Shown here: positions 60,019 through 64,000 of the stretch, one piece after another
Layout of the letters: each line of letters starts with the position of its first letter
Numbering within the stretch: position 1 is the stretch's first letter
Source: a virus
Taxonomy: Duplodnaviria > Caudoviricetes
DNA length: 64,000 bases
Virus record (IMG/VR): IMGVR_UViG_3300022671_000005
Span: 32,001-96,000 of that record
Strand: one strand, 5' to 3'
The notes under the pieces: model-generated
The model's input: the letters and a program-made list of their open reading frames with translations, nothing else
What the model was told of the DNA's origin: nothing
Database searches by the model: none
Made by a program: the position numbers and the translations under genes

Positions 60019-60648
60019 ATGAAATTCGATAAAACAGATATTAGGAACATGGTTGTGTTCCTTATTGTTGAAGTTATCGCGCTTGCTTGTATCGGAGGAA
60101 TGGTACAAGCTAATAGTGAAGTTCAGATTCCAGTCTCACAGGAGAGACTCGAAAAAATGATGGATTCACATAAACTGGAACCAAGGGTTCTTGGTATACC
60201 AAAAAGCCCAGTAAAAGAGGAAGAAGAGGAGCCTAAACCTAAGAAAAATAATAGACCAGATACTCCTATCTCAAAGTCATTATTGAATGGTTTGTGCTTA
60301 CAGGAAAGTAATAATAATCCCAACGCTTTAGGTGATTTCAGAAATGGAAAACCTATGGCTAAGGGAATATTGCAAATATGGCCAGCCTATGTTAAAGATG
60401 TCAATAGAGTGTATGGAACTTCTTATACACACAACGATATGTTCAATAAAGAGAAAGCCATTGATACAACCATCAAGTACTTAACGCATTATGGTAAAAG
60501 ATATACTCGTCTAACTGGGAAGCAACCTACAGACGAAGTGTATGCTAGGATTCATAATTCAGGTCCTAATGGTTGGAAAGATGATGGTTCTAGACTGTCT
60601 GTAAACGCTAATAAATATTGGGTTAGGCTTAAGCCTAAACTCGATTAG
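60019..60648 (+). CDS. Lysozyme/lytic-transglycosylase-fold enzyme (destabilase/i-type-like) with N-terminal signal anchor
   Basis: QESNNNPNALGD, GILQI, ARIHNSGPNGW; N-terminal hydrophobic helix; aaggagg RBS. Confidence 0.8.
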   Translation: MKFDKTDIRNMVVFLIVEVIALACIGGMVQANSEVQIPVSQERLEKMMDSHKLEPRVLGIPKSPVKEEEEEPKPKKNNRPDTPISKSLLNGLCLQESNNNPNALGDFRNGKPMAKGILQIWPAYVKDVNRVYGTSYTHNDMFNKEKAIDTTIKYLTHYGKRYTRLTGKQPTDEVYARIHNSGPNGWKDDGSRLSVNANKYWVRLKPKLD

Positions 60649-60651
60649 CAA

Positions 60652-60687
60652 AATAAAAGCCCATCAACCAGGGCTTTTATTTTTTTT
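60652..60687 (+). terminator. Classical intrinsic terminator
   Basis: aataaaagccc-atcaacca-gggcttttatt plus T-run. Confidence 0.8.
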
Positions 60688-60776
60688 CTTTCAATGTGAC
60701 AATCTCTGTTGGATAGTGGCGATTATATGGTGCAGATTTATATACCATTAACACAATATAAGAATGAGGTTTCACA

Positions 60777-61280
60777 ATGGATATCAATTTAAATACTAAA
60801 CCAGAAGAAGTACCTATTGTTCAACTAAGACCTGACAAATCTAAGCTTATAGATAAAGATCCTTGGTGGACTAACCTGACCACTATTCATTTTGAAATCA
60901 ATGGAGTCAAGCATTCTATACGACCAGGATTTGTTACTAATCTAGGATCCGTTCCAAAGCTAGTGAGGCATATAGTAGATCCCTCTGATGAATCTATGTT
61001 AGCCTTTATCATACATGACTACTTATATTCTAAATCCGTCACTGGTATAAGTAGAAAGGATGCAGACAAAGCATTGTACAAAATTGCCCTTATATGTGAA
61101 CAAGATAGGTTGGAAGCTGGCCTAACATGGCTAGGCGTTAGAGTGGGAGGTTGGATACCATTTAAAAAATTCAATTCAAAATATATAGCTATCAAACCAG
61201 AACTTCTTCAAAAAGTATGTGAAGATAACATGTTCATACCAAACGTTAATAATTACCCAGGAATAGATAAGGTGAAATGA
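60777..61280 (+). CDS. DUF1353 family protein
   Basis: [32 protein letters not shown]. Confidence 0.8.
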   Translation: MDINLNTKPEEVPIVQLRPDKSKLIDKDPWWTNLTTIHFEINGVKHSIRPGFVTNLGSVPKLVRHIVDPSDESMLAFIIHDYLYSKSVTGISRKDADKALYKIALICEQDRLEAGLTWLGVRVGGWIPFKKFNSKYIAIKPELLQKVCEDNMFIPNVNNYPGIDKVK

Positions 61281-62224
61281 AAATAGAACAGCGACCAATA
61301 CGAGACTTTAATTGTCCATTAAAACATATTGAAATAGAGAAGGATTGTATTCTCAATACAGGTGTTAGACATGACGTTACTGGAAATCTAACATTAAAAC
61401 TTCCTAATGTTGAAACAGTTGAATTGAAATCTCTTATTGGCGTTCGTCAAATTTCTGGAGAAAGTATATTAGTAGATCGTTATTCCCATTACCTAGACAA
61501 AGGATCACCTTTCAATACGTTTGAATTGAAAGAGGGTATTCAGGTTGTCTTACAACTTCAAAACTTTATAGGTAAACGTAGATGGATAATAGTTGATAAG
61601 AAAACCATATCTACCAAACGTGTTATTAAACCTAAGTCAATACCTGAGTCTAAAGTTGAAGTTAAATACATAAAAGGTGACATGGGTAAACCAGGTCCTC
61701 GTGGTGATATAGGACCTCAAGGTCCACCAGGACCAAGAGGTATAATAGGTAAGAAAGGTAATCGAGGCATAAAGGGTAGACAGGGCCAAAGAGGATTGCG
61801 TGGTCATAGAGGTCTGCCTGGTATAAATGGGACCAATGGTAAGGATGGGATAAATGCTGACTCATTCTTAAGGTTACATATACCTGGTGAAATTATTTTT
61901 TGTGATGATCTACATAATATCAAACACGATATGTCTTATCGTTATTTTGGTAAAGACGCAACAATAAAAAGAGTAATAATCCAGATGGGTTATAACTTTG
62001 ATAGAGGTGGTGTAGTTCTTGACTTACTAATTAATGATAAGATTTCACCTTTTAAACATCCTCTAACTTTACATGAAGGTCAAGATATATGTGTCACACC
62101 AAAGATAAAAGAAAATATTGTTCTTAGAGATGGTGATAAAATATCGATTCCTTGTATAGTTAGTGGATTTGATACTACAAACAATTTACTAATATTAATA
62201 GAATACACATATGGAGGTGTTTAA
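61277..62224 (+). CDS. Collagen-repeat-containing protein
   Basis: About 20 consecutive G-X-Y triplets at ~61676-61855. Confidence 0.85.
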   Translation: MKIEQRPIRDFNCPLKHIEIEKDCILNTGVRHDVTGNLTLKLPNVETVELKSLIGVRQISGESILVDRYSHYLDKGSPFNTFELKEGIQVVLQLQNFIGKRRWIIVDKKTISTKRVIKPKSIPESKVEVKYIKGDMGKPGPRGDIGPQGPPGPRGIIGKKGNRGIKGRQGQRGLRGHRGLPGINGTNGKDGINADSFLRLHIPGEIIFCDDLHNIKHDMSYRYFGKDATIKRVIIQMGYNFDRGGVVLDLLINDKISPFKHPLTLHEGQDICVTPKIKENIVLRDGDKISIPCIVSGFDTTNNLLILIEYTYGGV

Positions 62225-62587
62225 ATGCTATACACCATAGCAGACATCGAAACTGTTTTTGAAATAGAGCAAACGTTGGCTCTAGGTGGAAACATAGTCG
62301 GTGCTGCAAATACAAAATATACTTCCAATGGTGCATACACTGTTGACTTACCACCTCCGGAAGGTGTTGGTTCTGTTCCACTAGGAAGTGCAATAATAAT
62401 CGATCAAGTTTCAGGAACTGGTACTGTTTCAGACAACGTGTCTGTATTTGGCTTGGATGATGAAATGGGAGAGAATATAGTCGAAGTAGACGTTGATCCT
62501 GGAACAAAATTTGGAGTGATGTTAGTCATAGCTTACGGAAGAAAGCAATGGATGATGTTGCCACAATACCTAGTTGACAATGCTTAA
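62225..62587 (+). CDS. Small acidic structural protein, paralogous to the N-terminus of the next ORF
   Basis: ggagg RBS; IEQTLALGG...NTKYT..G.YT..LP...PLGS.II..Q.SGT.TV.D...YGR..W. Confidence 0.75.
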   Translation: MLYTIADIETVFEIEQTLALGGNIVGAANTKYTSNGAYTVDLPPPEGVGSVPLGSAIIIDQVSGTGTVSDNVSVFGLDDEMGENIVEVDVDPGTKFGVMLVIAYGRKQWMMLPQYLVDNA

Positions 62588-62613
62588 ATATATGACCAAA
62601 AGAGGATTTTTAT

Positions 62614-64000
62614 ATGAGTATACCTATCTACAATGAGCTGTTGGTGAACTACACAATAGAGCAGGAACTTGCTCTATCTGGTAGTATCACTGCACAAACA
62701 AATACAAAGTATACTGCCAGTGGTAGTTATACTTTAAATCTACCAAATGTTTTGACCACTCCCCTAGGTTCTGTTATTATAGTTGAACAATCTTCTGGAA
62801 CAACTACTGTTGAAGATCATACCTCTAGACGAGATTTATTTGATGAGGATGAAGAGCTTGATACGGATACTGTAGAATCTGGTGAAACTGAAGGTTACTA
62901 TTTACATTACTCCTACGGTAGGAGAATGTGGGTTAAGTTAAACAACATTCTATTTTCGGAAGGTGGAGGTGGTGGTGGAACTGCTGACCCACTTGAAGTA
63001 TTCACAGTTGCAGACATCACCACTAGAGATGCTTTACCTATAGGTGTTGCACCAGGAGAGGTTTCAGAAGGTGATGTAGCTGTTGTCTTAGATTCTGATG
63101 GTGAAGGTACTAAACAGAATTACACATATTTCACTGCCACAGGTTGGATATTATCAACTGAACTCACAAGTACTTATACAGAAACATTCTTTGCTGCTGA
63201 TGTGGCTGGGAGAGATCTTCTCCCTACAGGAACAGGCGTCAATAATGTAAGTATTGGTGATAACGTCATTGTTGCCGACGGTGACGGTAATGGTAATAAG
63301 GTAGTGTTTCAGTGGACTGGTGCTGGTGGATATGTTATTGTATTTTCTGAAGCTAACCAAGCAGAAGAGATTTTTACTGTAGCTGACATTACAGAACGTG
63401 ATGCATTGACCATTGGTCCTGGAGTTGATGAAGTGTCTAATGGTGACACTGTCAAAGTCCTTGATTATAATGGTTATGGATATTCAGCGCTGTACACTTA
63501 CTATGACGATACTGGATACGTGTTAACGTCCACATACGGTAACGAAGCTCTAGAGAAACTAGGTAGTGAAACATCTGAAGTCACAGGCTTTGTTGACAAC
63601 GACGCTATCGTAAGTAGTTATAATTCTACAACACGACAAATCACATTAACTCACCCATCTGGTGAAATAAAGTATGTTTGGAGAAATACGGTAAGATCCT
63701 TAGCTTCACCATATGTTTCACCATCACATCCTGATGTTAATGATAATTACTTTTTATCTATGGTTGATGGATCTAACCCAACATGGAGTACTACACCTTG
63801 GGAATTTCATCATATTCAAATGGGATTTGTGTCATATAATAAAATCCCCAGTGTTGAAATTGGTGTAAGAGAAACTCACGGTATCATGCCATATGAAACA
63901 CATAGAGAATTACATTTCAACTTTGGAACATGGAAAGAAGATGGTTCTGGTAAATTAACTACTGGAACTTATATTTTAAATGATGATACAGACGATGGAT
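62614..64000 (+). CDS. Large fibre/virion protein, truncated at the window end (absent from the ORF track)
   Basis: agagga RBS, ATG 62614, frame open to the window end; three 62-aa repeats. Confidence 0.85.
   Translation, partial: MSIPIYNELLVNYTIEQELALSGSITAQTNTKYTASGSYTLNLPNVLTTPLGSVIIVEQSSGTTTVEDHTSRRDLFDEDEELDTDTVESGETEGYYLHYSYGRRMWVKLNNILFSEGGGGGGTADPLEVFTVADITTRDALPIGVAPGEVSEGDVAVVLDSDGEGTKQNYTYFTATGWILSTELTSTYTETFFAADVAGRDLLPTGTGVNNVSIGDNVIVADGDGNGNKVVFQWTGAGGYVIVFSEANQAEEIFTVADITERDALTIGPGVDEVSNGDTVKVLDYNGYGYSALYTYYDDTGYVLTSTYGNEALEKLGSETSEVTGFVDNDAIVSSYNSTTRQITLTHPSGEIKYVWRNTVRSLASPYVSPSHPDVNDNYFLSMVDGSNPTWSTTPWEFHHIQMGFVSYNKIPSVEIGVRETHGIMPYETHRELHFNFGTWKEDGSGKLTTGTYILNDDTDDG

Noticed and set aside
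1-64000. Genome-wide stop-codon reassignment
   Set aside because: Long genes are intact in code 11; TAA, TAG and TGA all end genes next to hairpins or downstream starts
1-64000. CRISPR array, tRNA, rRNA, IS elements, introns or inteins
   Set aside because: No repeat-spacer series, cloverleaf, transposase or intein motifs seen by eye; a tRNAscan/Infernal run is still advisable

Overview
An AT-rich, gene-dense 64-kb segment of a jumbo phage of the phiKZ/EL/SPN3US lineage (Chimalliviridae-like). The assignment rests on split multisubunit RNA polymerase subunits (virion beta' middle, beta C-terminal and beta' C-terminal; non-virion beta N-terminal), a phiKZ-type family B DNA polymerase, portal, tail sheath and tube, baseplate proteins, a gp175-type prohead protease, large terminase, an SbcC-like ATPase and six copies of the phiKZ early-promoter motif TATATTAC. 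Accessory genes include a GroEL-like chaperonin, both type IIA topoisomerase subunits, RuvC, a ClpP plus a catalytically degenerate ClpP paralogue, a signal-anchored lysozyme and collagen/fibre genes. No chimallin, tubulin or major capsid gene was recognised in the window. Main leads: (1) a probable programmed -1 frameshift at 2760-2767, with a downstream hairpin, that would fuse two ORFs upstream of groEL; (2) a ClpP/ClpR-like pair inside the head-maturation operon, where the inactive partner carries prohead-protease cleavage motifs; (3) at least 24 long intergenic inverted repeats, 8 of them loopless palindromes, often followed by an early promoter; (4) a ~45-aa module shared by an RNAP beta' subunit, a baseplate protein and the tail sheath; (5) a candidate structured ncRNA at ~11095-11390. 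All homology calls come from recognising motifs by eye. phiKZ gp numbers are from memory and need HMM confirmation.
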